64,000 bases of DNA. Source: Wickerhamiella versatilis. Lineage: Eukaryota. Of this stretch, positions 40,826 to 50,649 are shown one piece after another (position 1 is the first letter of the stretch; the number at the start of each line of letters is the position of its first letter). Location of the stretch: contig JAQOWU010000008.1 in assembly GCA_030867685.1 (NCBI GenBank), forward strand, positions 3,658,001 to 3,722,000, given 5' to 3'. The notes under the pieces were generated by a model that searched no databases, had not been told where the DNA came from, and saw only the letters and a program-made list of their open reading frames with translations. A program made the position numbers and the translations under genes.

Positions 40826-42589
40826 ATGGTAGATGAACCGCAGTCAAAAAGGCCCCGAGTCGAAGAGCGTATTAAAGGAATCGCTATGATAAAGCCGGAG
40901 TATCTCATTAATGACAATGATGAACCTAAGGTTGATCAAGACGCTGCAGATGATGAGGCAGAAGGGGCAGGTCTTCAGTCACGAAGTGGTGATAACAACA
41001 TGGGTAAGAAGGGCAAAAGGGGGCAGAATAAGGCTCGCGATCTTCGGCAAAAGCGCGAGGAAGTACGCTTTTGTATTCGTGATCGAGTAGGCGAGAGTGG
41101 TAAGTGTGAATTTGGAGATAATTGTCGCAACGAGCATGATCTTTCGAAATACCTGAGTACAAAACCACCGGATATTGGATCAGTATGTCCAGTATATGCT
41201 GCGATAGGCTGGTGTCCTTCTGGAGTTTCCTGTAGATGGTTATATTCGCATTTCAAGGACGAAGCTTTGACTGAGGATCCCATTAAAAAAGAGGAATCGC
41301 TGAAAACAAATTACGAGGTGAACCGAATATCAGTAGATGTGCAGCATGACTTGCAAAGAAAGCGGTATGACACGAGCCGGTCTGACAAGTTTATCCAACG
41401 GATGGATTCTCTAGACAAAAGCCAGCCAGATTCCACCAGAAAAGAGAAATATGCAGATTTCTTCGAAGGCACATTGAAACCCTCGGAGAAAAAGCGTTTA
41501 AACTATGATGGAGCCAAGGTTCTTAGTCCCCTCACTACTGTTGGAAATCTTCCTTACCGGCGATTGATGAAAACACTAGGTGCCGATGTTACTTACAGTG
41601 AAATGGCCATGAGTCTCCCGTTATTACAGGGCAGCAAAAGTGAGTGGGCACTTCCCCGAGCCCATTCATCTGAAATACCAGGTTTTGGTGTCCAAATTTC
41701 CGCTTCGAAACCCTGGCAGGCCATCAAGGCTACCCAAGTACTTTCAGAACTCGCGTCGGCATCATCTGAGATTAACCTTAACTGCGGCTGTCCTATAGAT
41801 CTATTATACCGTCAAGGAGCTGGGTCTGCATTGCTTGACCATGGTGCTAAAATTTTGAAGATTCTCCGTGGTATGAATGCAGTCAGTAACGAAATTCCTG
41901 TGACAGTCAAGTTACGCATGGGTGTCAAGGACAATAAGCCCACTGCCAAGAATATTGTTGAGAAGCTACTTGACGAAGAACAAGCAGCGGCAATCGTGCT
42001 CCATGGTAGATCGCGTGCCCAGCGTTACACAAAGGAGGCAAACTGGGATTATATTCGTGAGGTGGCTGAAACGGTTCGCGATAAACGTAGCGAGCTCGAT
42101 TTAAAGCCATGGATTATTGGTAATGGCGATATATTCTCATGGGAGGATTGGTACGACCATCTAGAGAAAACGAAAGTAGATACGTGCATGATTGCACGGG
42201 GTGCATTGATAAAACCCTGGATTTTCGAGGAAATTGATTCCAAGCAATATCTCGATAAATCCGCCTCGGAACGTCTCGAATATATCAAGCAATATGTCAA
42301 TTTTGGTTTGCAACATTGGGGATCTGACTTGTTTGGTGTAAACCAGACCAGGAGATTCCTTTGCGAATGGCTGTCGTTCACACATCGTTACGTTCCCGTT
42401 GGATTACTCGAATATTTACCACCGAAGTTGAATGATAGGCCTCCAGCTTGGAAGGGTCGAAATGACTTAGAAACTCTTCTTGGTAGTCGTGACTACCGGG
42501 ACTGGATTAAAATATCTGAAATGTTCCTAGGTCCTGCCCCTGAAACATTTGTTTTTGAACCCAAACACAAGTCTAATAGCTACAACTAG
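40826..42589 (+). CDS. DUS3: tRNA dihydrouridine(47) synthase Dus3
   Basis: CCCH zinc fingers; SPLTTVGNLPYRR, LNCGCP, HGRSRAQRY, PKHKSNSY. Confidence 0.95.
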   Translation: MVDEPQSKRPRVEERIKGIAMIKPEYLINDNDEPKVDQDAADDEAEGAGLQSRSGDNNMGKKGKRGQNKARDLRQKREEVRFCIRDRVGESGKCEFGDNCRNEHDLSKYLSTKPPDIGSVCPVYAAIGWCPSGVSCRWLYSHFKDEALTEDPIKKEESLKTNYEVNRISVDVQHDLQRKRYDTSRSDKFIQRMDSLDKSQPDSTRKEKYADFFEGTLKPSEKKRLNYDGAKVLSPLTTVGNLPYRRLMKTLGADVTYSEMAMSLPLLQGSKSEWALPRAHSSEIPGFGVQISASKPWQAIKATQVLSELASASSEINLNCGCPIDLLYRQGAGSALLDHGAKILKILRGMNAVSNEIPVTVKLRMGVKDNKPTAKNIVEKLLDEEQAAAIVLHGRSRAQRYTKEANWDYIREVAETVRDKRSELDLKPWIIGNGDIFSWEDWYDHLEKTKVDTCMIARGALIKPWIFEEIDSKQYLDKSASERLEYIKQYVNFGLQHWGSDLFGVNQTRRFLCEWLSFTHRYVPVGLLEYLPPKLNDRPPAWKGRNDLETLLGSRDYRDWIKISEMFLGPAPETFVFEPKHKSNSYN

Positions 42590-42905
42590 AATTAACATCT
42601 AAGAAACCATAGAACAACAACACTTCCTTCCTTTCACCAGCAGACTCAAGATTACCAAGAGGTAAATGATACCTAATTTGGTGTTATAAACTTAGAGGCT
42701 TCAGATGAAAAAAATAGTCTAAGAGTAACATTTAACAAAAGAAGAACCATGTGAAACCGTGTAAAATCTATGTATTGATGTTATTTTTTTCTACAGCGAC
42801 GAGGTTTTTGACCTTAATTTTCATCAGCTCCAGGCATAGCTGTAACGGTTCGCTGCACATTTGGAGCTCCTCAAGTTAATACTATTTATACTTCCTGCTA
42901 GGAAA

Positions 42906-43481
42906 TCATTTAGATTTTGGGTTTTCTTTGGCCTCTTTGGCTTTTAGTTCATCACAGACGCGATAGTACTCTTTTTGGAGACCCTCGCTCTGTTCCTTTA
43001 GCGCCTTGTAGTCGGTCTTCTTCTTCTCGTACTTGGCCCTCAAGTCTGAGAACGCTAAAGAGTCGTCGGGCTTTCCACTCGACTCTCCAGTCATTCTCAA
43101 GCGGAGGTCAGACAATTGACGAACCAGGCTATATGTCCGGTTCAGGACGAGTGACAGGAATAATGTGAATCCACACAGATACATGTTACGCTGAGCATAG
43201 AACTTACGAGCGAGAAGATCGTCTCTATCAAGAGCAGCAAGACTTGCGCTCTGATCGAAGTCTTGCGAAACACGGGATAGACGGTTCACCGAATCCACAA
43301 ACAATACAAGGATAAAGACGAAGGTAAATTTCAAGCAAAGAATGACTTTACTGAACGTCTCTGAGCGAAACACCTGGACGGCCTTGCGATGCACTTTAGC
43401 AGGAAGCGGAGCAACCAAGAAACAGAAAGCCAGAAGCTCTGCCACAAAGACCGCAAATACTAGTGTGTAGTATAGAGTCAT
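42906..43481 (-). CDS. YET3: BAP31-family ER membrane protein (Yet3-like)
   Basis: MTLYYTLVF, LFVDSVNR, ARKFYAQRNMYLCGFTLFL, C-terminal KSK ER-retrieval-like end. Confidence 0.9.
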   Translation of the reverse strand: MTLYYTLVFAVFVAELLAFCFLVAPLPAKVHRKAVQVFRSETFSKVILCLKFTFVFILVLFVDSVNRLSRVSQDFDQSASLAALDRDDLLARKFYAQRNMYLCGFTLFLSLVLNRTYSLVRQLSDLRLRMTGESSGKPDDSLAFSDLRAKYEKKKTDYKALKEQSEGLQKEYYRVCDELKAKEAKENPKSK

Positions 43482-44810
43482 CACTAATACTATATAATCT
43501 ACGTCGTGTGTTGTAATATGTCTTTAATAGTCCACTTAACGTCAGGGTACCATATAACCTAACCCAAATAGCAGTTTGCTGTCGCTGGACCGGGCAAAGC
43601 CACCCAGATATTCTTGTGGTATCGGCTGGATTTTCCTGGTACTTCAAAACCAATGCAGTTTTATATCTCATAATTTGCCATTAGTTTTAAAAAGTCTTGG
43701 AAATTAGCCTCTCAAGGGACGCATGTTGTGGGATGTTTCATGATATGCGAAGTGATAGCTGGACTTATCATTCGTTCATGATTGAGGAGCTCTTTAGGTT
43801 GTCAATTTCTTTCCTGATATTCTATTGGATTGTGTGACATAAGGAAGGGTCTTTGTGATCCATCCGCACTAAAGTAATGAAGTGTGACGTTTAATCGTGG
43901 TAATGACATGTAATTTAGATTGATTCAAGAACTTTGATTGGAGCATGTTGTTCTCACGGACTTCTAGCAATTTTTTAGGCTATTAGAATACAACCAAGTC
44001 TTGAAATAAGAGTGACGACCATAATGTTTTATTATGTCTCTAACTCTTATAGATTTTGTTCAGCATGAAGCTTTTTTAGCAGAACAGCTTCCTAAAATAT
44101 CGCGAACACCCTATTTTTAAGAGTTGCCTCTTGTCTATTATTAGCCATTTAGGTCAGGATGCGCATATTAGAAACGTGCAGGCACAGCTGATACGAAAAC
44201 CTTGGCCAGTGAGCTTCGCACATTAGGTTCGAGAGTTGTATTACCTTAAAATGAGGGTACCTAGAAATACTATAATGTATCCGTTCTTGTCAATGTATAA
44301 TGCGGAACGTTAATGCAGAAACCCCCTTTGATAGAAAGAATGCTTACATGAGTGGAACCGTTGAAGTGGCATACCGCACTACCCCTGAGCTCAGAATAAT
44401 TAGGGGAAATGGTCGGAAATCAGCCAAAAATCAGCACAAAATGTAGATATAACTGTTCAATTTTATAATTTGCACCTTAAAGAGAAACAAGTGGGGCAAA
44501 ACCAAACACTAGAATTTCTCAACCTAGCCCTCAGCTTTCCAAAATATCAGATACGGCGTTGTTTTGTGCGCGCATTTGAGAATCTCTAAAAAAATATATG
44601 CCAATATTCCCTAGAATTCTTTCAGACACATTCCTTTCCTGTCAACACGTCACGTCTAGTCCTACGTACATGGCGCATAACCCAAACCCTAAATTCCATC
44701 CAATTTAGCATAGTAGATATTTTTGTCGCGTCTAAGCGCATCATCCCACACCTTATTGCTTACCAGAACTTCTGGTTCGAAGACATTCTTTTGACCTCCC
44801 GCTAGTCTTT

Positions 44811-45377
44811 ATGGCCCATTCGTTCCTTTATATTTTCTATCTGTTCTTTGTAGTCGCGTTCCGCACGGTAGCGGCGGCTAAGGCTTCTTCGAAGCCTGGT
44901 GTTTCACCGAAGAACGCGACCATCACACCGGCCACACCCATCAAAGACTTGTCTTCCACGCTCATTCCCACTTCTGCTGAAAACAATACCACTATCTTTT
45001 GGACGTCTACTATCTACCTGACTCTAACGAATACACCGGCCGTTGCTTCGAGCACTGAGGCCGCGGCTTCACAGACTCAAGCTGCTGGTGAGCTCAACAA
45101 TGGGGGTGGAAACACTGGGATATTCACCCCAGGAACCACTCATGGCCCATGGTCGAATACTACAACTCCATCAGTCAAGGCGGAGCAAGAATTAGGATCA
45201 AGCTCAGTTGGAATCCAGACAGTCTCTACTAGTGAAGTTACGACTACCGTTACTGCTACAACAACACTTACCGTTACTGCCACTGCTGTGTCAACCCATT
45301 TCGCGACACTTACCCATAGTTGTTTGCCTGGGTCAACTCTGGCACCAATCAAATCTCGATCGCCCAATTCAAGATGA
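44811..45377 (+). CDS. Secreted Ser/Thr-rich protein of unknown function
   Basis: Hydrophobic signal peptide, N-glycosylation sequons (NAT, NNT, NTT), Thr-rich body. Confidence 0.7.
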   Translation: MAHSFLYIFYLFFVVAFRTVAAAKASSKPGVSPKNATITPATPIKDLSSTLIPTSAENNTTIFWTSTIYLTLTNTPAVASSTEAAASQTQAAGELNNGGGNTGIFTPGTTHGPWSNTTTPSVKAEQELGSSSVGIQTVSTSEVTTTVTATTTLTVTATAVSTHFATLTHSCLPGSTLAPIKSRSPNSR

Positions 45378-45562
45378 CCTTCGGTGTTTCCACAGTGAAT
45401 TTATCCAGTAGCTGTATATATATAGTATAAATATATAGACAAGCTCTTATCTCGTTAGATGTTATATATAAATGCTCGTTTTTGTTTCTCAGGCAGGCGG
45501 CCCGTTTTCTACAATCGCCAAATCAATAAGGCATGCGTACGAGTTTTCCTTTTCAGACATAT

Positions 45563-46321
45563 CTATAGATCACGTGGCGTCAATATATACCCGAATACCA
45601 TGCTGCGAAGCTCCTTAGTTGCCTCTTCCTCCTCGAACATTGGCTGCATCTTCCTTTCTATGATCTTGTTGCAGTGGAATCCACGTTGTTCTGCCAAGGT
45701 AAAGAAGTTTAGATCTCGATTGTACAGCTTTGGTCGATGTGGCGTGAACACAACAAGTATGCAGCCATCTGGCTTTATAGTTCTCGCACAAGTCTCCACA
45801 AGGTCTCGATGAACTGCATGATTAAATACAAGATCACTCAGAATTATAAAATCGAAGAGCTCGCCATTCTGTGCCGGACAGTTAAGTAGCGGCTCTACGT
45901 CGTGGCCCCAGATATATCCCATCGATGTCATCGGGAGCGAATGTCCTACATGCTTTTCCAGAAGGGACTTGTTATGCTCAATGTTCTGGATGAGATCAGG
46001 ATCAGGATAGTCTGTGCATACCACGTTACGAGCGACCAGGCTCGCTAGGAGTGATGGTAATGCCGCAGCCGCTCCAAGTTCTAGAACTGTCTTACCCCTA
46101 AGGGTTTCGCGATGACTGTCCACAAACTCTGCAGATACTCTTCCAGCGTTCCAAAGCAAATGACCCCAAAGTGGAGACTTTCCCACAAGGCGAAGGGTCA
46201 ACTCAGCCGGTTCGTCCGCAGCAGGATTTTGCCGCTCATAACTTATGAAGGTTGGGGTTGAATCGGCCTGATAGAAGTCCGCTGGCTCAACGAACATGTC
46301 TTTAAGCCCCAGGTTTTCCAT
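45563..46321 (-). CDS. NNT1: Protein N-methyltransferase Efm7/Nnt1
   Basis: LVGKSPLWGHLLWNAG, VLELGAAAALPS, TDYPD, SDLVFNH, FTPHRP. Confidence 0.92.
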   Translation of the reverse strand: MENLGLKDMFVEPADFYQADSTPTFISYERQNPAADEPAELTLRLVGKSPLWGHLLWNAGRVSAEFVDSHRETLRGKTVLELGAAAALPSLLASLVARNVVCTDYPDPDLIQNIEHNKSLLEKHVGHSLPMTSMGYIWGHDVEPLLNCPAQNGELFDFIILSDLVFNHAVHRDLVETCARTIKPDGCILVVFTPHRPKLYNRDLNFFTLAEQRGFHCNKIIERKMQPMFEEEEATKELRSMVFGYILTPRDL

Positions 46322-46458
46322 TTCCCTTCCTTTTTAGCGAGATAAAAAGACTTGGAAAAAATTACGTACTTTGAAACTACTCGCGTTTAGTCAGCACAGT
46401 GCCTCCGCCAGCTAAATCACAGGGAATCGCGTCATCGCACCGGTAGGTTGGAAATCCT

Positions 46459-46839
46459 ATGGAGCTACAACTAGAGAACCGGGGCTCTCTGGCACGCGAC
46501 CATCTCGCCAATGAGCGTACATATCTAGCTTGGCTGCGTACCTCCATGACATTTACCAGTATTGGCGTGGCCGTGGCTCAATTGTTTCGTATTCCCAGCA
46601 GAACCTATGATTCTGGCTTTTTGCACAAAGTTAGTCTCACCCTAGGCGAAGTATTTGTGTCTGGGGCTATCCTCATGACTATCATCGGTGTCTATCGCTA
46701 TTACAGGGTCCAGACCATGCTGCAGAAGGACTTGTTCCCCGCATCCCGCATATCTATTGCTGTGAGCTTCACACTGGCAACCTTCCTTATTTTTAGTGTC
46801 TTATCAGTGCTGATCAAGGTAGCACTTCACAGCGAGTAG
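46459..46839 (+). CDS. DUF202 (YidH/Vtc1-like) three-transmembrane protein
   Basis: ARDHLANERTYLAWLRTS plus three hydrophobic segments. Confidence 0.85.
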   Translation: MELQLENRGSLARDHLANERTYLAWLRTSMTFTSIGVAVAQLFRIPSRTYDSGFLHKVSLTLGEVFVSGAILMTIIGVYRYYRVQTMLQKDLFPASRISIAVSFTLATFLIFSVLSVLIKVALHSE

Positions 46840-47194
46840 TGGGCTAATTCGTTGTTGGTTTGTCGGTTTGTCGCACAGTACCCAGTTTTTAATGGTTCTC
46901 ATTTAAAAGCTAATTAATTAATTAACTATTTAACTAACTAACCAACCTGTATTTGAACCAGATCAAAAAAAAACCTTGGAATATATGTTTATAAACAATA
47001 TCCGCTGAGAATAAAAAATACTTAACGTATCAATATTGTTGTAGCTAGGCAGTTTCTGTTGAACTGCAAACTAGGTGCGAATATAACTAGGCCACGCGCC
47101 ATCACTACATAGCGATCCACGCAATAAGCACGGGACGCAGCGAACTACAATTATATAGATCAATTCAACGCCGAACAGACCGCCGCTCTTCAGC

Positions 47195-47386
47195 TTACTG
47201 GTTAGAGGGCGAGGGGTTGAAACGACGCTTACCGTTGTAAAGGGTGACGTTCACGAAACGGCGAGTGTAGGCAGCACGCTTCTTCGCGCGGCCAGTAAGT
47301 GGCTTGGGCTTCTCAGTCTTCTCAACCTTGGGGGTACGTGCGCGCACACGACCAGCGTTCGTAAGGGAGCCGTGAACCTTTCCCAT
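47195..47386 (-). CDS. RPS30: 40S ribosomal protein eS30, intronless
   Basis: [19 protein letters not shown]...YTRRFVNV. Confidence 0.96.
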   Translation of the reverse strand: MGKVHGSLTNAGRVRARTPKVEKTEKPKPLTGRAKKRAAYTRRFVNVTLYNGKRRFNPSPSNQ

Positions 47387-47628
47387 ATTGTTGGATACGG
47401 ACCTGCTGCGGCAGTGACTCAGGTGGCGATAGTCCTTCCCGAAATGTGCCCCGAGCCCTTATGACTAATACACAGGTTCATGGATAACCCGTACCCTGGT
47501 CAATACTCGACCATGACTGGTCCCACTTCATATGTGTATACGTAAAAGGCCCAGTCCACCAGGTCATATCTCGACAAAACTCTCTAGTAGTAGTAGTGGA
47601 AGTATATATATAAATCCTAAGTATGACC

Positions 47629-48876
47629 CTAGAGTTTTTCATATTCAATTCTGCCTTCCAGCTTCTTGGTTTCTCCAACCTTGCGCACGGCCTTCATCAA
47701 GTCGTTCTGGATGAGGTAGTCACGCTCATCCCGAATTGCGTTGAAGCCTGCCTCAGTTATGACATTACGGAGATCTGCACCATTGAAACCATCAGACATC
47801 TTTACCAAAGCCTCAAAGTCGATGTCACCCTTCTTTCCAACCTTCTCTGAATGGATTTTAAAAATAGTGAGACGCCCCACCTCATTTGGCAAAGGAATCT
47901 CAATTTTGCGGTCCAGCCGCCCAGGACGAAGCAGTGCGGGATCTAGTGTATCTGGTCTATTGGTTGCCATGATGACCTTAGTCTGGCCCAGCGTGTCAAA
48001 TCCATCCATCTGATTCAAAAGCTCCATCAGCGTACGCTGTATTTCACGATCAGCAGAGGTACCTTCACTAAACCGCCTACCACCGATAGCATCGATTTCA
48101 TCCATGAAAATGATGCACGGCTCATGCTCCTTGGCATAGCTGAACATCTCACGAATCAGCCGGGCACTTTCACCAATGTACTTATCAACAATACCCGAAG
48201 CAGGACTGAAGATGAAATTCGCACCTATTTGCGCAGCCACCGCCTTGGCTAGAAGCGTTTTGCCAGTACCGGGAGGACCATAAAGAAGCACACCCTTCGG
48301 TGGCTTGATTCCTACACGCATGAACAACTCGGGATTTTTTAGCGGTAGCTCTATAACCTCCCTAAGTTCCCGAATCTGCTCCCCAAGACCACCAATGCCG
48401 GCAAACGACATTTCACCAGGGTCGAGTGTTGTCATGTTGTACACCAGTGGGTCCACCTCTCGCGGCAATATACGCATCACTGTCAAAGTGGTAATATCCA
48501 GTGCAACTCTCACTCCCTGCTTAAGCTGCTCAGGCGGAATCCCGTTGCGGAATCCAACCACGTACCTTGGTCCATTACTAGCCTTAACGATAAGACGCTC
48601 GTTGTCAAGCTGTTTCAGGACTTCACCAATGATTTGACCGACAGACTGGAGGGCCTTAATGTCGTTCTCGGTCTTGTCAAAATTCACCTCAAGTGACCGA
48701 ATGTTCATGCGGAGCGACTTCAACTTATCGTCCCACTCACGATGCTCGCGTAGTTTCTGCGTATACTCGGACATCGCGGCAGAACGTTCAGGATCGGCGC
48801 CAGCGCCCCCCTCACTACCGCCTTGAGCTCCCTCATCGGCTGCAAGCGCCTGCAACAGCGCATCCTCTTCTGACAT
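47629..48876 (-). CDS. RPT4: 26S proteasome AAA ATPase Rpt4
   Basis: [39 protein letters not shown]. Confidence 0.96.
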   Translation of the reverse strand: MSEEDALLQALAADEGAQGGSEGGAGADPERSAAMSEYTQKLREHREWDDKLKSLRMNIRSLEVNFDKTENDIKALQSVGQIIGEVLKQLDNERLIVKASNGPRYVVGFRNGIPPEQLKQGVRVALDITTLTVMRILPREVDPLVYNMTTLDPGEMSFAGIGGLGEQIRELREVIELPLKNPELFMRVGIKPPKGVLLYGPPGTGKTLLAKAVAAQIGANFIFSPASGIVDKYIGESARLIREMFSYAKEHEPCIIFMDEIDAIGGRRFSEGTSADREIQRTLMELLNQMDGFDTLGQTKVIMATNRPDTLDPALLRPGRLDRKIEIPLPNEVGRLTIFKIHSEKVGKKGDIDFEALVKMSDGFNGADLRNVITEAGFNAIRDERDYLIQNDLMKAVRKVGETKKLEGRIEYEKL

Positions 48877-48892
48877 CGCGTGATGACAAATA

Positions 48893-48900
48893 TCGCCACC
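48893..48900 (-). promoter_or_regulatory. PACE-like Rpn4 site (GGTGGCGA) upstream of RPT4
   Basis: Matches GGTGGCRA, 16 bp upstream of a proteasome gene's ATG. Confidence 0.6.
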
Positions 48901-49192
48901 AGGCGGAACGTGGTTTCGCTACATTTCTGGATGGAAAAAGTTCATGTTAAGCATCAAACATTTTCGTATGGCACGCTAATTGAGGGGATTGTTTGAAGTA
49001 TTGCTAGGGGAAGTTATAGGAGTATTAATATGGAATATTTCAAGTTAGTTTAGAAGTCCGATCCCGGATCCTCTTGTCCCTCGAAAATATAATATATGTT
49101 GAAAAAAAAATTGTCCTGCCCCATCTATAGGATTTCGAAGCCAGGTGTAAGGGGAGGGCTAAGAAACCGACCGATAGCGATCACGCTTACCA

Positions 49193-50551
49193 ATGGAACT
49201 TGAAGCTGTTGTTCTGTGTGGTGAAGGGCAACAGCTTGAGCCCTTATCGACAGGTGTAGCCAAGGCTATGCTTCCTGTTGCTAATAAGCCACTCATCGAA
49301 TATGCCTTGGACTTCTGCCAGCGTGCGATGTTTCGTCGGGTGACAGTGGCTGTTGTCGATCATGACTATGAGGAAGTGGCAGCGTATGTCTCAGAAAAAT
49401 ACCCCAAAGTCAGATTAATCGAGACATCGCACGAAAAATCTAGCGGTGATGTGGTAGTCAAGCTCAGCTCTGAACTTACGGGAGATTTTGTCGTCATACC
49501 TTGTGACATGTTGACCAACGCTGATCCAAATGACTTTGTAGCGGCATATAGGTCTCGCGATGATGATGCACTAGTGGTTGGCTTCTACCATGCTCTCAAT
49601 AGTGAATCTATTGATATCAAGACACTTAACCCGGATATTCTACTTCATAGCCGGCCTCGCAAGGAAGATGGCCGATCGTTGCTGCTGGACAGCTATTCAC
49701 GACAACAAATCAAAAACAAAAAGCGTTTGGCAGTACGCATGGCAATGCTTTGGAAATACGACTCTGTTTTGGCGTCAACCCAACTTTTGACTGCCGGCAT
49801 TTACTTTTGCTCGCATAAGGTATTGAGCCTGCTCCTGCAAACCCCCCAGGACAAGTGGGAAGGTAAAAGTATCCATGAGCTTGTTAGAGACTTGGCTCGG
49901 CGTTCCTGGCAGCATAGTCAACGGCTGGATGAAGTTCTAATGGCATATGTGCCCAAATCTGCCAGCTATCTCCGCACAAACAAGCTGATCACCTACCTGG
50001 AGGCGAACAGAAATGAAATGAAGCTTCGAGCCCGAAGTGCTCCGCGTCCGGTAGCTGCAAATGATAAGAAAGAAAAAGGCTCTGCTGTAATTGGTAATGA
50101 TTCTTTGCTCGGAGAAAATACTAATGTTGGAGAACGCAGTAGCGTCAAGAGAACGGTCGTTGGCTCTAATTGTACAATTGGCAAAAAGTGCAAACTCACG
50201 GGTTGCGTCTTACTAGATGGTGTCACCGTAGGTGATGATGTGGTTTTAGAAAACTGTTTACTGGGTAAAGGGGCAATAGTGCAAACGAAGACCCGACTCG
50301 TAAACTGTAGCGTGGAAGGTAACTACGAAGTCGTTGCTGAGACAGAGGCAAAGGATGAAATACTCAAGGGAATGGGTCTAGCTGGGGACGTTGATGAGGA
50401 ATACGATGGTGTTCTAGAGTCCATGAGTGACTTTGAAGAAGAAGTGGAGCGATCGTCGGAGAGCGAGAGCGACTCTCAGTCACTCGATTATGATGGAGAC
50501 GAAGTGGCTGTGAGCGACTATGACGAAGATGAATTATTTGATCGATCTTAA
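49193..50551 (+). CDS. GCD1: Translation initiation factor eIF2B gamma subunit
   Basis: AVVLCG.G, KAMLPVANKPLI.Y, IPCD, left-handed beta-helix repeats, acidic tail ending LFDR. Confidence 0.9.
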   Translation: MELEAVVLCGEGQQLEPLSTGVAKAMLPVANKPLIEYALDFCQRAMFRRVTVAVVDHDYEEVAAYVSEKYPKVRLIETSHEKSSGDVVVKLSSELTGDFVVIPCDMLTNADPNDFVAAYRSRDDDALVVGFYHALNSESIDIKTLNPDILLHSRPRKEDGRSLLLDSYSRQQIKNKKRLAVRMAMLWKYDSVLASTQLLTAGIYFCSHKVLSLLLQTPQDKWEGKSIHELVRDLARRSWQHSQRLDEVLMAYVPKSASYLRTNKLITYLEANRNEMKLRARSAPRPVAANDKKEKGSAVIGNDSLLGENTNVGERSSVKRTVVGSNCTIGKKCKLTGCVLLDGVTVGDDVVLENCLLGKGAIVQTKTRLVNCSVEGNYEVVAETEAKDEILKGMGLAGDVDEEYDGVLESMSDFEEEVERSSESESDSQSLDYDGDEVAVSDYDEDELFDRS

Positions 50552-50649
50552 AATTCAATTTAAAAACTTCCTAGGTGTTTTCTTTCGCATAGATAGATAG
50601 TTATAAGCGCTTCCGGCCTGATTTGATGAGTCATAATTTCCACAAAGTT

